DNA of 64,000 nucleotides from Chiloscyllium plagiosum (taxonomy: Eukaryota): assembly GCF_004010195.1 (NCBI RefSeq), contig NC_057749.1, forward strand, positions 9,684,196-9,748,195, in the 5' to 3' direction. The notes beneath the pieces are model-generated. The model worked only from the letters and a program-made list of their open reading frames with translations. It made no database searches and was not told where the DNA came from. A program made the position numbers and the translations under genes. Below, in pieces: positions 12,487 to 25,745 of the stretch; positions within the stretch are counted from its first letter, which is position 1, and the number at the start of each line of letters is the position of its first letter.

Positions 12487-12952
12487 GTAACTTTTCAATA
12501 TATGTTAACCATGTCCAGTACCATCTATTTTCTCAAAATATAAACATTCATGACTGGTATTGTTTAAGTGAGACACTTGTTTTAAAAGTACTCTCGATTT
12601 CTTTCACAGGAAGTAGTTATATAAATATTGTTTTATTAATCTGTGTCGGTTGTGCCTTGGTATTTTCTCATCCATCTCTAAACTCATATTTTATGTCTCT
12701 ATGTACAGTGTATTGATCACCTTCCTGTAGTTCCCAGTTTTCTATTCTTTCATGGGATGTGGGCACCAGTGGCCCAGCCAATATTTATTGCCCATCCTTG
12801 GAGAAGGGCACAGAAATGCCTTCCTGAAACTGTTGGCATTTAGGTATGCCCACAGTACCAGCAGGGCAGTAGAAGCAAACTAATTGCAGAACTACGAGGA
12901 AATTTCGGGAACTGAATAAAAACAAGATCCCGTGGGAGGTTCCCCAAGTCAG

Positions 12953-14236
12953 TGTGATTCCACACGGATATTTCAATTTATTTCTCCCCCAGGTGAGGAG
13001 GGATAAAATGCTTCACCCCCTTTTTTCACCCAGCCCTTGGTTACTTACAAGGTTAATTTATGGATGCCTTTCCCCCAGACCAAATTAATTTATGGCTTAC
13101 AAGAAGCCAACTTAACCAAGCTTTCTTGAGTTGATAAAAGGGTGAGCTTATTGGTATGAGTAACACAATTTACAGACAGATTAGGAATATGAATTTAGAC
13201 CAAAAAAGATAAAAATTTAAAGTTACACCGATCAGTTTCTCTGGGTGAAGTGTAGATATTAGGATATTGATAGTTAAACAGTTAATTTCAGGATTTCTCA
13301 TTTTAAAGTTAGTTGAAATCCTTTTGTATGTTTCTCTTTGGCAGTGGTTGGCTGGTAATATTCAGAGTCCTTCTATCATCTTGTTTACTTTCAACTGGCT
13401 TGTGAGCTAGCTGCCTTCTAGCACTCAAAGTGAAAGATCCTTTTACCTGCAATCCCTGTTAGCACTGCTTCCGCACAGCGCCAGGGACCCGGGTTCAATT
13501 CCACCCTCGGGCGACTATCGGTCTGGAGTTTGCACTTTATCCCCATGTCAGTGTGGGTTTCTTTCCACAGTCCAAAGATGTACAGGTTAGGTGGATTGGC
13601 CATGCTAAATTGTCCATAACATCCAAGGATATGCAAGTTAGGTGGATTATCCATGGGAAATGTAGGGTTATGGGGTAGGAGGTTGCATCTGGGCGGGATG
13701 CTCTGCAGAGGGTGTGGACTCAATGGGCCAAATGGCCTGCTTCCACGCTTTACAGATTCTATGATACTGGTGAGTGGCTCTTCCACTTTAACCTCCACAG
13801 TGCACTAACACACAAACCAAGGCTATTGTGCTCATGTTTCAGTTGACGAGCTCAGCTTTTTCCATTAGCACATCTTCTCCCGTTAGCATTCACAGGGTGG
13901 TGTTGCTGTCAGTTTTTAAGTCCCCATTTCTGTATATTCCTCCAAAGAATAAACACAAAATATGTCTGCCAGAAGAGGCTTTCTGCTGAGAGGGAGAAGA
14001 TAATCAGGGCCTTTGTATCTCTTCCTGTTAACTCTCTCTCTCTCTCTTCCTGTTAACTCTTTCTCTCTCTCTGAAAATTCCTTGACAGTCCACAGCTACA
14101 AAATACCAAGGGTTCCATACAGGACATTGCCAGAGAGCACTGAATTTACATCTGCAGTCTTTTTATTAACTATAGCAGTCCTTCTCTTAAAAAAGAAATC
14201 AGGCTTTGTAATTAAAAGTTAGAACTATCCATCATA
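12953..14236. mobile_element. Possible solo LTR interrupted by a SINE
   Basis: Begins tgtgat and ends atcata (imperfect terminal inverted repeat); LTR-like composition; no clean TSD. Confidence 0.35.
13457..13765 (+). mobile_element. HE1-type SINE
   Basis: ttagcactgct..gggttcaattcc B box and CR1-like tail. Confidence 0.85.
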
Positions 14237-14504
14237 CCTCAGGGTTCTGATCTGTCATCATAATACAATGGGACAAGCTGAGATGCTCTTGCAAAGGGCC
14301 AGCACAAGCATGATGGGTGGGTTGGCTTCCTCCTGTGCTATAGCTGCTCCATTATCCTTTCTTGGAATGCCTTGGACATTCGGAAAACATGAGAAATTCA
14401 ATAGAAATGCAAGTCTTTATTTTTCGTTCATTGCAGTAATTTGGTGTTTCTCACAAATTTTAAACCCAGGTTGCCCACTGGAATGCATGCAATAAGGTAG
14501 ATAA

Positions 14505-15093
14505 ATGTATTTAGGAAAGACATTTGGATAAGTTCATGAATAGGAAAGGTTTGGAGGGATTTGGGCCAAGCCCAGGCAAGTGCGACTAGTTTAATTTGGG
14601 AAAAAGTGAGGACTGCAGATGCTGGAGAGTCAGAGTCAAAAATGTGGTGGAGGCTGGTACAATTGCAACATTTAAAAGGCCTTTGGATGGGTATATGAAT
14701 AGGAAGGGTTTGGAGGGATATGGGCCGGGTGCTGGCAGATGGGACTAGATTGGGTTGGGACATCTGGTCGGCATGGACAGGTTGAATCGAAGGGTCTGTT
14801 TCCATGCTGTACATCCCTATGACTCTAAGTGTGGTACTGGAAAAGCATAGCTGATCAGGCAGCATCCGAGGAGCAGGAGAGAAGATGTTTTGGGCTTAAG
14901 ACCTTCATCAGGCTTATTCCTAATGAAAGGCTTATACCCAAAGCATCAACTTTCCTGCTCTATGGATACTGCCTGACCCGCTGTGCTTTTCCAGCACCAC
15001 ACGTTTTGACTCTAGTTTTGTTTGGGAACATGGTCGGCATTGATTGGTTGGGCCGAAGGGTCTGTATCTGTGCTGTATGACCCTATGACTCTA
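14505..15093 (+). mobile_element. Nested CR1 3' ends and a Penelope pLTR fold-back
   Basis: A CR1 tail interrupted by a pLTR inverted repeat (~14600-15012), itself interrupted by another CR1 tail (~14645-14828). Confidence 0.7.
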
Positions 15094-15398
15094 ACTGCTT
15101 GTCAATGTTTCCAAACAGTTTGGAAACTATTAATTCCTTAAGTTCAAAAATGTTTCAATGCCGTGATTCAGTTTGAAACTTTTTTATTTCATTCACAAGG
15201 TTTGGTATCATTGGCTGGGTCACCACTTGTTGGTCATGCTAGTTGCTCTTGAGGAGGTACACTGCCTTCTTGAACTGCTGTAGTCCAGGTGCTGTAGGTA
15301 GACACACAGGCCTTTAAGGAGCGAGCTCTCAGGACTTTGACCCAGCGGCATTGGCTGTAACTGAGGGTTGGGGAACATATCTCTCGCTTGCATTGCAG

Positions 15399-15476
15399 AG
15401 GGTGAGTCACAGCCTCTTCCTGTCTGTTATGTGACAGGCCATTTTGCATCACAAGATTGGTTTGGATGAGACTGTG
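15399..15476 (+). pseudogene. Possible GREB1-family pseudo-exon (GESQPLPVCYVTGHF)
   Basis: ttgcag acceptor; phase matches preceding exon; homology weak. Confidence 0.3.
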
Positions 15477-15524
15477 GTTACCATTCATTCTCATCCTTTC
15501 AAAACACTAGCACTATAGGGGAGC

Positions 15525-15865
15525 TGGTGGCACGGTGGTTCGGTGGTTAGCACTGCTGCCTTATAGCACCAGGGACCCGGGTTTGATTCCTACCTCAGGT
15601 GACTGTCTGTGTGGAGTTTGCACATTGTCTGCACAGGCTTCCTCCAAGTGCTCTGGATTCCTTCCACAAGAAAAAGATATGCGCATTAAGTGAATTGGCC
15701 ATGCTAAATTGCCCATTTTGTAGGTGAGGTGAGGTACCCTTAGTCAAGGGTAAATGTAGAATAGTAGGGTAGGGGAATGGGTCTGGGTGGGTTACTTTTC
15801 AGAGGGTCAGCGTGGACTTGTTGGACCAAATGGCCTTTTCCACACTGTAGGGATTCTATGATTAT
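15525..15865 (+). mobile_element. HE1-type SINE
   Basis: tRNA-like head ggcacggtggttcggtggttagc and CR1-type tail. Confidence 0.85.
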
Positions 15866-16223
15866 GATGGCCTAGTTGTATTATTGCTAAACTATTAATC
15901 CTGAAACTCAGCTAATGCCCCGGGGACCTAGGTTCAAATCCTGCAGGTGGTCGAATTTGGATTCAATAATAATCTGGAATTAAGGATCCAATGATGAACA
16001 TGATACCATTGTTGGAAAAACCCATTTGATTCACTCATATCCTTACCTGGTCTGCCCTAACATGTGACACCAGACCCACAGTAACGTGGTTGACTCTCAA
16101 CTGACCTCTGAAATGGCTTGGTAAGCCACTTGGTTTAGAGGCATCTAGGGACAGGCCATAAATGCTGGCCAGCCAGCAACTCCCATGTATCAATGACAAA
16201 ATCTACCACCTGGTTCTTTCTAG

Positions 16224-16636
16224 ATTAATTCAATCCAAGTTCCTTCCAGGAGGCGCAGGTTTCCTTCAGTGCCCTGCCTGAACATAGGGATTGAGCTATG
16301 TATTTCCTTATGATTGAAACTTCTGCTGGCCCCCAATGACTGAATCTCCTGAGTTGGATTTCCACTCCATTATGAGCCTCAGCTTGATATTTTAGGTTGG
16401 GTCATTGTGTATTCATGCTGACCTGATTGTTGCCAGCAAGAGTTGGACTTGCCAACCCATCAATCCACTCGACCATGGGTTGACACCATCTATAGTGTTC
16501 ATCAATGGGCAAAATGGCTGAAAACAAATTGTAGGAAACACAACTTTCAAAGGTGGCTCAAAGACTTCTATTTCTGGCAAATGGAACAGAACAATCCAGG
16601 TCCATTCATCTTACTTTATTGAGGGGGACGCAAGAG
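16224..16636 (+). pseudogene. GREB1-family pseudo-exon (137 codons, five TGA stops)
   Basis: ttctttctag acceptor; RRRFPSVPCLNIGIELCISL*LKLLLA..LDILGWVIV..NFQRWLKDF..PGPFILLY*GGRK resembles recalled GKRFPRLHSAVIRTFVLVQHYAAALMA..LEITQNLL..LRMWQK..LPCILIFSG. Donor apparently mutated (AG|ttaag). Confidence 0.65.
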
Positions 16637-16689
16637 TTAAGAAATAAAACACGATTATTTTGAACGCACTGGTGAATTATGTTTTTCAG

Positions 16690-16821
16690 ATTAGAGAATA
16701 TTGCCCTTTGACAAAATATGTCAGTACAAGTTCAACAAAAATTTTTCTCAAGCATAATTAAAGTTTGGATGAGCTGATATTTGGCAGACTGTTAGTTTGG
16801 ATCCTGTGTCCCTGGCTAGAG
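16690..16821 (+). pseudogene. GREB1-family pseudo-exon (LENIAL*QNMSV...)
   Basis: gtttttcag acceptor, GAG|gtagta donor, phase compatible with previous exon. Confidence 0.45.
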
Positions 16822-17188
16822 GTAGTATTTTTGCAACCAACTGGGAATTAGGAATTACCAAATTCTGTACTTGTGCTAGTTTTTAAGTTTTTTGTTTAAA
16901 AGAACAATAACAGCAGTTGCATTTACTTTACCATTAATGTAAACTTCATTTTATGTATTGCCGTGTGGACATTGGGCAGGATGTGGAGATTTACCTTTTC
17001 CTTTTGCTTTCTCATGGAATTTTTTAATATTATGTAGGCATTTTCTTCAGTTTGTTTCCCTGAGTGGACTCAAAGAGCAAACCTAAGAGTTAATTTCATC
17101 AGTTCACCAGTTCCAGTCCTTCGAGCTTTGGATTAACTGAATGTAGAAGGTGTGAGAGCAATATATAGCTGGACTGTAGTTTGAAGGA

Positions 17189-17311
17189 TGAAGGGCTTTT
17201 GCCCGAAACATCGATTTTCTTTCTCTTCGGATGCTGCCTGACCTGCTGTGCTTTTCCAGTACCACACTAATCTTGACTCTAATCTCCAGCATCTGCAGTA
17301 CCCACTTTCAC
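17189..17311 (+). mobile_element. Penelope pLTR insertion truncated within the hammerhead
   Basis: 15-bp TSD ctgtagtttgaagga at 17174-17188 and 17312-17326. Confidence 0.8.
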
Positions 17312-18434
17312 CTGTAGTTTGAAGGAGCCTTTTAATATGTAAGTACTCTAAGGAACTGTACAGCTGTTGAATTATGCAGATATTATTGTGTATAGAATCC
17401 CTTTGCTCATTATTTTACCTTATCCTGTTTATTTTAAAGAGATAAGGCCTTCCATTAAAAAGTCAAATCGAGATACTTTCAAAACAAGAGTTACCAGTAG
17501 CTCAGGATCGTAATAAGTGCTCTACACTTACTGCAGCTATTGTGAAGGAATAGTTTTAAAGTGTTTTTGTGAGCAAAAAAGCCAATACGAGGTAAGAGAA
17601 AGCTTTCTCACAATGAGTAGTTAGGTCCTGGAACTCAGTGCTTGAAAGCATACTGGCGGAAGGTTCCATGGAGGTATTAAAAACAGCATCAAATGATTAT
17701 TTAAATCAAAACAATGTACAGGGTTTAAGAGAAAAGGCAGCAGATTGGCACGAAGCTAAAAATGCTCAGAGTGCTAGAGCAGAGACGAGCCCTCCTGCTC
17801 CATGACAGTTCTGTGATACTACCACACAACTGCTTAACATCTTCACAAGAAATTGTTTCCTGATGAAAACAATGAAAGGATTAACTTGTTTAAGATTTAA
17901 GAGTTAACACTTGCACTAAGAACGGGAGGAAATAATTTCATTGGAACACTTTTCCTGTCTCTACAATCATGTTGCACACCCTGATTTCTTGGCTTTTGTA
18001 CCACATCGAACTTTTCCAGTAATTAGGTGTAGATTAATTTGCAATAAATCCACAGCAATAATGTTGCAATCCCCTTGTGGAAGTGTCAGTGGCCATTATG
18101 GAGATGGAATGTGCTGAGTGTTGCCATCTGAACCAACAGCTGTTCATTGACAAAAACACAGGGCCAAACAGACAGAAATAGACTGAATTTCCTACATTAT
18201 AAGACTGTCTCCACTCCTAAAACAGCTGATTGGATGAAAAGTGCTTTGAGGTGTCAACTGGTCATGAAAAATCCTGTATGAAACAAGATTTTCTTTTCTT
18301 TTTGTAACTATCCAAATGTTTCCACTGAGGTTTGGACTACAGAACAACATTAACATTTTTGGGACACCTGCCATTTGGTTGCAATTATTCAATGATAGAA
18401 AGGGATAACGAGGAAACCCAAAAAGAAGTACAGG

Positions 18435-18880
18435 GGGTGGCACGATGGCTCAGCAGTTAGCATTGCTGCCTCAAAGTGCTAGGGACCCGGGTTCGATTCC
18501 AGCCTGAAGCAACAATCTGTGTGGAGTTTGTACATTCTCCCTTTGTCTGTTTGTGTTTCCTCCTTGTGCTCTAGTTTCCTTCCACAATCCAATGATGTGC
18601 AAATTAGGCGGAATGGCCACAGTAAATTGCCCACAGTGTCCAGGCATGTGCAGGGTAGGTGGGTTAGCCATGGGAATTACAGGAAGATAGGTTAGGGTGG
18701 TAGGTCTGGGTGGGATGCTCTTCTGAAAACTGTGTTGCTGGAAAAGCTCAGCAGGTCAGGCAGCATCCAAGGAGCAGAAGAATCGAGCAGGATAAGCCCT
18801 TCTTCAGGATGCTCTTCGTAGAGTTGAGGTGGACTCAATGGGCTGAATGGCTTGCTTTCACAACATATTAATTCTATGAG
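18435..18880 (+). mobile_element. HE1-type SINE with nested minus-strand Penelope pLTR (~18724-18808)
   Basis: A/B boxes and CR1 tail; ggatgctcttc duplicated around the pLTR piece. Confidence 0.8.
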
Positions 18881-20789
18881 GCCAACGGCCTGTGTGATCT
18901 GACACCTGCAGTATTTCTAGTTTTCACTGTACTGATTCTCCATTGATTTTTTTATCCATTTTACTTTTTGTTGCACTCTGACCAGTTGGCTATCCACAAT
19001 CCCGTTTGTCATTTCCAACCAGAAAATCATCTAAACCCAGGACTGATAGAAATCAAGGTGACCGTACTGAAACATAAGATTTTTGAGGACCTGACAGGGC
19101 AAACCCAGACAGATTGTTTCCCCTTGTGAAAGTCTAGGACCATAATTTAACAGAAAGGGAAGTCTGCTTAAAACAGAGATGAGGAAGAAATTCTCTCAGT
19201 GGGTAATGAATCCATGGAATTTGTACTGTAGAGGGCTGTCAATGCTGGGCTTTACGTATATTTGAAGCTGCGATAGATGGATTTTAAATCAGTGAGGAAA
19301 TCGAGGATTATGGAACGAAGACAGTGAAATGGAGTTGAGGATTATCAGGTGTCAGTCCTGATCTTATTGACTGACTGGGCAGCTGGATGGGCTGAATGGC
19401 TCCCCTGTCAAATGAGTCACTCAGTTTAAAGTGCTCATGTATTAAATAAGCTTGACATCCCATGGTCCAGCAAGCTTTTTGGGCTGGCTAAAGTCTAGTT
19501 CCGATTGCAAAGGTTCAACCGTCATTGCATAGTCTGTCTTTTCTCAATAGCAATCAGGATTGAAGATCGCTTTCTTCCATTCTGGTTTGATGGGTTCGGA
19601 GATGGCTGATAAATCCAACATGCAATCTGCAGACCCTGCCACCTGGAGCATGGGTGAGGGCATGGGGTACGAAAGTGGGCTACAGGTTGACACGTTGTTT
19701 AGAGGCTTGCATGTAGCCTCCAAGACCTCACCTGCACCTCTGCAAATTTGCAGCAGCAAATTCTCTCTGTGTGTCTGGTGCCTCTGTTTTGATCAGCTAC
19801 ATGCCAGTGTCTCCTGTGAGGGCATCAGGGATGTTTGATTTCTTCGGGAGGTGCTTTGGGGACACCCCAAAAGTATTTCCATGATCCTCCAAGAAGAGGC
19901 TGGTATAATCACATTTAGAAAGCACCTGGATGGGTATATGATTAGGAAGGGCTTAGAGGGACATGTTCCAAGTGCTGACAAATGGGACTAGATTAATATA
20001 GGATATCTGGCTGGCATGGATGAGTTGGACCAAAAGGTCTGTTTCCATGTGTACAGCTCTATGACTCCTTCTCTGACCGAGTTCCAAATGTCCACTGTAA
20101 CAAAATCTAAATTACATCATTTTGTTTTATTGCAACAGGAAACTGGCTGCCTAAAATACTCCTTCAGTTTTATTTAATAATCTTATACGAGTAATTGCTC
20201 TCATATCCCTGGAGAGCATTTTAGTGAAAAAGGTATGAGTGTTACTTTCTACTTAATTAGATGAATACATCATTGATTCTGTCAATCCTGGAGCCTGTGT
20301 TGGCAGCAAACGCTGAAGTGCCTGAAGCTGCCTGGACCTTGTGCTGTTCTCCCTGCTAGTGCCATATTTAAACTCCTGCCTCACACCCTTTCGAATGCTA
20401 CAAGCTAGGAACTGCTCCTCACACAGTGCAGCCGGACCATATCCACAGAGAACGTGGCCCAGAAGGGAAAGCTCACAGCTCACTTTTCGGATGGGAAACT
20501 TGAGGTGCCAGTGAAGAGGAGGACCAGCCTGTATCCTGCAGGGAGCAACGCCATCAGATCCAGTCAGCCTAGACCCACCCAGCAGCCTGAGTCAGTGCCA
20601 TTCCTCATACTAAACTAGTGTGCTCCCAGCACCACCACCTTTCTGCTGTCTTGCACTCACTCAAACTCTGTCATTACACACTAAGATCACCAGGACTAAG
20701 GGTCTATAATTCTCACTACCATATGCAGCATCTCCATTAAACAGCTCTCTCCCACCTCATCCCTGCCCACACAACTAATGGTGGCCCAC

Positions 20790-21060
20790 TGCTGTCTCAC
20801 AGCGCCAGGGACCCGGGTTCGATTCCACCCTTGGACAGCTGTCTGTGTGTAGTTTGCACATTCTCCCCGTGTCTGCGTGGGATTCCTCCGGGTGCTCCAG
20901 TTTCCTGCCACAGTCCAAAGATTTGCAAGTTAGGTGGATTGGCCATGGGAAATGCAGGGTTACAGGGAAAGGGTAGGTATGGGTGGAATGGTGTTTGGAG
21001 GGTTGGTATGACTGGATGGGCCAAATGATCTGCTTCCACAGTGTAGGACCTCTATGACTT
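20790..21060 (+). mobile_element. HE1-type SINE
   Basis: gggttcgattcc B box, conserved core, CR1 tail. Confidence 0.85.
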
Positions 21061-21969
21061 CCTACCCTCTGCTCTTTTTACTTATTCACTGGGAACACAT
21101 CAAAACTCTCCTGCTGCATCACCAGCACCCAAGTCCATCAAACTCATTCCTTCCATTTTCATTCACTCATGGAATGTGGGCATCTTTGGCTGGGCCCTAA
21201 TCGCCTAGAGGGCAATTAAGAATCAACCACATTGCTGTGGGTCTGAAGTCATATGTAGGCCAGACCAGGTAGAAATGATAGATTTCCTCCCCGAAAGAAC
21301 ATAGGGAACCAAATGGATTATTCAAACAATTGACACTGGATTCATGGTCATCATTAGACCCTTAATTCCAGAGTCTTTACTGATTTTAAATTCCATCTGC
21401 CATGGTAGGATTTGAACCCAGGTCCCCAGAATAATGGTTGAGTTTCTGGATTAATAATCTAGCAATAAAAACAATAATACCCCCGGGGTCACCTGCACAA
21501 ATCTTCCAGGCCAACAGGGTCATCTACAGTTCAGGCTCCCTCCAACCCACCTACAGACCTCACAATTGGACCTATGTGTTGTGAGAAGGTAAGGAACATA
21601 AACACATATGTTGCATGGGTGACTCATAATTGTAAAGCCCCTGTAACATTTGATAATATATAGACACTTTCAATCTACACATGTCTGATCGATTGGGATT
21701 TTAGCTATGGGAAGTGTTAAGGTGGCTAACATGTCAGAATAAAGCAGTCCCTTCACAGTTCCCAAAGATACTGGAAATTGAATGGTAGAAGTGTTGGTCG
21801 TCTCTGACAAGCATCCCAGATAGCTGTCAACATTAGGGATTCTTCATCTCTTATGGTCATGTGTGCAGCCAAGACATTGCATTTTTATCAAGAAAGCAGT
21901 GAAGCCAAAGGTAATGTGAGTGCATTGTGATTGGACTTGGCCTCCACTCATGTTCTACAGTCACTACAC

Positions 21970-22800
21970 TCATTCATTCATTCAATGGAGGTCCCTTGCA
22001 GAGGAGGATGACTCTTCCACTCTCGGGGTGAGTCTGTAGGTGGCCGAACAGACCAATGCAACTACCACAGGCTGTGTTACGCTGGGGACAGAAGGTGATC
22101 GTGGGAAGGGGGGGCATTGGTGTGGCAGTGCACTCCTTTTGCTGTTTTCCCTGGCTTCTACTTTTTCCTGATGGTAGGTCTTGAGGAGCTTGACGCCTTC
22201 CCAGATGCTCCTCCCCTACTTTGGGATAGCCTGGAGCCAGTGATTCCCAGGTGTCTGTGGGAATGCTGCGCTTCCCCAGTGAGGCCTTGAGGACCTGGGG
22301 TTGGCCTGCTGTTTTGGAGCTGGGAGTAGAGCACCTGCTCAGGGAGCCTCGTGTCGGTCATGGGGACGACACGCCCAGCCCATCGCAGCCAATAAAGGGG
22401 GTAGGGTGGTCAGTACCACGATACTGGGGACGTTGGCCTGGTCGAGGATGCTGGTGTTGGTGCGTCTGTCTTCCCAGCGGATTCCCAGGATCTTGTACAG
22501 GCAGCGTCGCTGGGACTGCTCCAGAACCTTGAGGTGTCTGCTGTAGACAATGCCTGAAACAACTCAGACAGCCACTCAACCAGGAAACACCAAGACTAGA
22601 TTGATGAGAATGATCCGAAGATCCAAGAACTGTTAAGCCAAAAGCTTATTGTAAAACAACAAGTGTACTCGGAAAAGGTAAGCGTACAGGCGACTGAAGG
22701 CAGAGGACCAAAAACAAACCTGTGATATAGAGAACAGGTGGTGGATGGGGAAGGCACTGGCGGCCAAACAAATGGCCAACAGGCATGACACATCTGTCTT
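21970..22800 (-). mobile_element. RTE-clade LINE fragment with inverted upstream piece
   Basis: Minus strand TDTRLPEQVLYSQL (RTE C-terminus) and (ttca)n tail at ~21970; plus strand RKHQD*IDENDPKIQELLSQK at ~22580-22645. Confidence 0.7.
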
Positions 22801-23063
22801 CTTCTGTGCTGTCAAGACACTGCAACCTCATGTGTATGACCACACGATCACGTGAGTGCACACGTCTCTGGAGAGGAAGGTTCTTTCTAACTATCTGTTT
22901 GATGAGGGAGGGGACACTCATTCAGGAATGAATGATGTCCAGTGCTGCATTCGCATTCAAACTCTTCCTCATGGAGGATGGTTGTGAACGGAAATGATGC
23001 TGAAGGTGAAGACTCAATTGGTTTAAATGCCGCCTGACGTGTACTGAAGCACTGAGCTGTAGG

Positions 23064-23378
23064 TTAGATTACATTACAGTGTGGAAACAGGCCCTTCGGC
23101 CCAACAAGTCCACACCGACCCTCCAAAGAGCAACCCACCCAGACCCATTCCCCTACATTTACCCCTTCACCTAACACTATGGGCAATTTAGCATGGCCAA
23201 TTCACCTAACCTGCACATTTTTGGACTGTGGGAGGAAACTGGAGCACCCGGAGGAAACCCACGCAGACACGGGGAGAATGTGCAAACTCCACACAGACAG
23301 TTGCCTGAGGCGGGAATTGAACTCAGGTCTCTGGCACTGTGAGGCAACAGTGCTAACTACTGTGCCACCGTGCCGCCC
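23064..23378 (-). mobile_element. HE1-type SINE
   Basis: Reverse complement of gggcggcacggtggcacagtagttagc head plus CR1 tail. Confidence 0.9.
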
Positions 23379-23482
23379 ACTTGGCAAACCAGGTAGGATT
23401 TGGACACCTGGGAGAAATTCCAGGGAAGGTAGTAAATTCTAACTCCCTTCTTCCTCCTTCACATCTCTGAGGGTCCCTTCAG

Positions 23483-23632
23483 GTGCTGCTTCTCCCTCTG
23501 GAAGCTGTGCAGGTGAAGCTTGCTGCTGTTCCTGGGCTTGCAGATGCCTTTGTAATTGATGTCTCTTTCTGCCTCTTCAACTTGAGACAAGAGCAGCAAC
23601 AATTGTACAAGCCATTGTTGAATCCATTCAGG
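23483..23632 (+). pseudogene. GREB1-family pseudo-exon, still open (VLLLPLEAVQ...LRQEQQQLYKPLLNPFR)
   Basis: cccttcag acceptor, AGG|gtgagt donor, 150 nt phase 0/0; EQQQLY resembles recalled EEQSLY. Confidence 0.65.
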
Positions 23633-24090
23633 GTGAGTGAGCTGATGTTATGTGGGGAATATCAGAGCCAAAATTGATTTTTCATTATGTGATTCCTGAG
23701 CAGTCACAAGAAACACAATCAAGGCTTCAGTGTGTGTAAATGTACATTTTGGTATGGAGACCTCTCAGAAGGTGAGAAATGTCAGGCCTCTTCATTGGAT
23801 CTCTGAGTTATTTCATTCTATGCAGCTGAATGTGATGTAAGGCATTTTGCTAAACCATATTAGGAGATTATAAATCTGGCAGGACTACACCCTCACTGTA
23901 TCCCCAGCCCTCTCCTCCCCCCAAACACACCCAAGAAATGCACCATTGATTATAACAGATCATGTCCTTAAATACTTACAGTTCAGTATGTGAAGTAAAC
24001 AGAGACGCTGTCCAGCAGTGACACCAGTGGAATGTGTCTGATTTAATAAATGCAGATAACACCTTTAAGTTTGAGTGGGATCACAATCAG

Positions 24091-24489
24091 AGATGGAAAT
24101 GTGTTGCTGGAGAAGCGCAGCAGGTCAGGCAGCATCTAGGGAACAGGAGAATCGACGTTTCGGGCATTAGCCCTTCTTCAGGAATGAGGAAAGTTTGTCC
24201 AGCAGGCTAAGATAAAAGATAGGGAGGAGGAAGGGACTCACTGAAACCTTTGTAGAGGGAGAAAGAGAGCTTCTTCAAGGAAGGCATCCTTGTAAGAGGA
24301 TTCGCAGTAGGTTGAAATCTTTGAAGAGAAAATGAGGTCTGCAGATGCTGGAGATCAGAGATGGAAATGTGTTGCTGGAGAAGCGCAGCAGGTCAGGCAG
24401 CATCTAGGGAACAGGAGAATCGACGTTTCGGGCATTAGCCCTTCTTCAGGAGTGAGGAAAGTTTGTCCAGCAGGCTAAGATAAAAGATA
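24091..24489 (-). mobile_element. Non-autonomous Penelope derivative with two direct pLTRs, each with a hammerhead core (268-nt period)
   Basis: Direct repeats 24091-24223 and ~24359-24492; 14-bp TSD gggatcacaatcag at 24077-24090 and 24490-24503. Confidence 0.85.
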
Positions 24490-25464
24490 GGGATCACAAT
24501 CAGCTTCACAAAAATGACAAATATTCCTTTATCATAAGCAATGGATTGGCCATGATTGCTTGAGGCAATGATTCAAATAGACATTATTGGCTAATGTTTG
24601 GGCTCCACATGAAGCACAATTTGATGGAGGATGCGTGGTCCTATTGAGTGCCTGATTAATGCAATTGCCTCTATCAGGGCCTCACCATCATGAGCATTGG
24701 CACCCTGCCCTTGCTGCACAAATAATTAACCTTTTCCACCTGCTTTGAATGTGTTGACACCTATTTTGTTTCTTTATTGCAGTTTTGGTTTGGTCAAAGA
24801 TAGCGCATTAGCAGCTTGTGTTCCTGTGACTAAGATACAGGTTCAACCTGAATATCAAGAGTCCACTCCCACACCCATCATCTTCCATTTTGTATTGCTG
24901 TTCCTGTCAATACCATCAGCATTTAGGCTCCTCACTTTCCTCTCCAACCCTTTTATTGGACCGTATATATTCCTCATTTTCCCCTGCTTCAACCATTGGC
25001 CTAGTGCATTGCCAAGTCCATGGTAACCATGTACTCTCCCCCATTAATGTTAGAAAGCTGGTGACTTGCAAACACTCCCCCAACCACATTACCAATGCAC
25101 TCCTGTCACTGCTTCAGTTTCCACGCCTACCTTTGGAGTTTGTGGGTGTAGCAACCCCAAATAGACTGCAGTGGTTTAAGAAGACAGCACACCGTCATCT
25201 TCTCAAGAGCTATTAGTGATGGGCAATAAGTGTTGGCCCAGCCAGTGTCAACCACGTCCCCTGAATGAATTATTGCTCAAACCCCCTGACCATGACTCAA
25301 CCTCCAGACTGACTTCCAAGGACAATAATGCTCCTATTTCTGATGTTCTTACGGTGATGATACCCCTGACTGATTGTAATACTTCTTGATTGCACTAAGG
25401 AGTGGTCTCCTTTGATTTTTGAGACATGGCCATTTGACTGATGCATGTACATTGTGTTTTTTTT

Positions 25465-25745
25465 TAGATTAGATTCCCTACAGTGTGAAAACAAGCCCTT
25501 TGGCCCAACAAGTCTACACTGGCCCTCCAAAGAGTAACCCATCCCCCTCCAACTAATGGACCTAACATTATGGGCAATTTAGCATCGCCAATTCACCTGA
25601 CCTGCACATCTTTGGACTGTGGGAGGAAACCCACACAGACACGGGGAGAATGTGCAAACTCCATACAGACAGTCGCCCGAGGTGGGAATTGAACCTGGGA
25701 CCCTGTCACTGTGAAGCAGCAGTGCTAACCACTGAGCCACCATGC
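25465..25745 (-). mobile_element. HE1-type SINE
   Basis: Same family consensus on the minus strand. Confidence 0.85.

Noticed and set aside
16224..16636. Multi-selenocysteine or TGA-readthrough protein
   Set aside because: Other exons of the same gene contain TAA/TAG stops and frameshifts; CpG decay explains the TGA bias; no SECIS element was recognised.
18033..18250. Additional pseudo-exon candidate
   Set aside because: AG/GT boundaries are possible, but stops occur and no GREB1-family motif could be matched.
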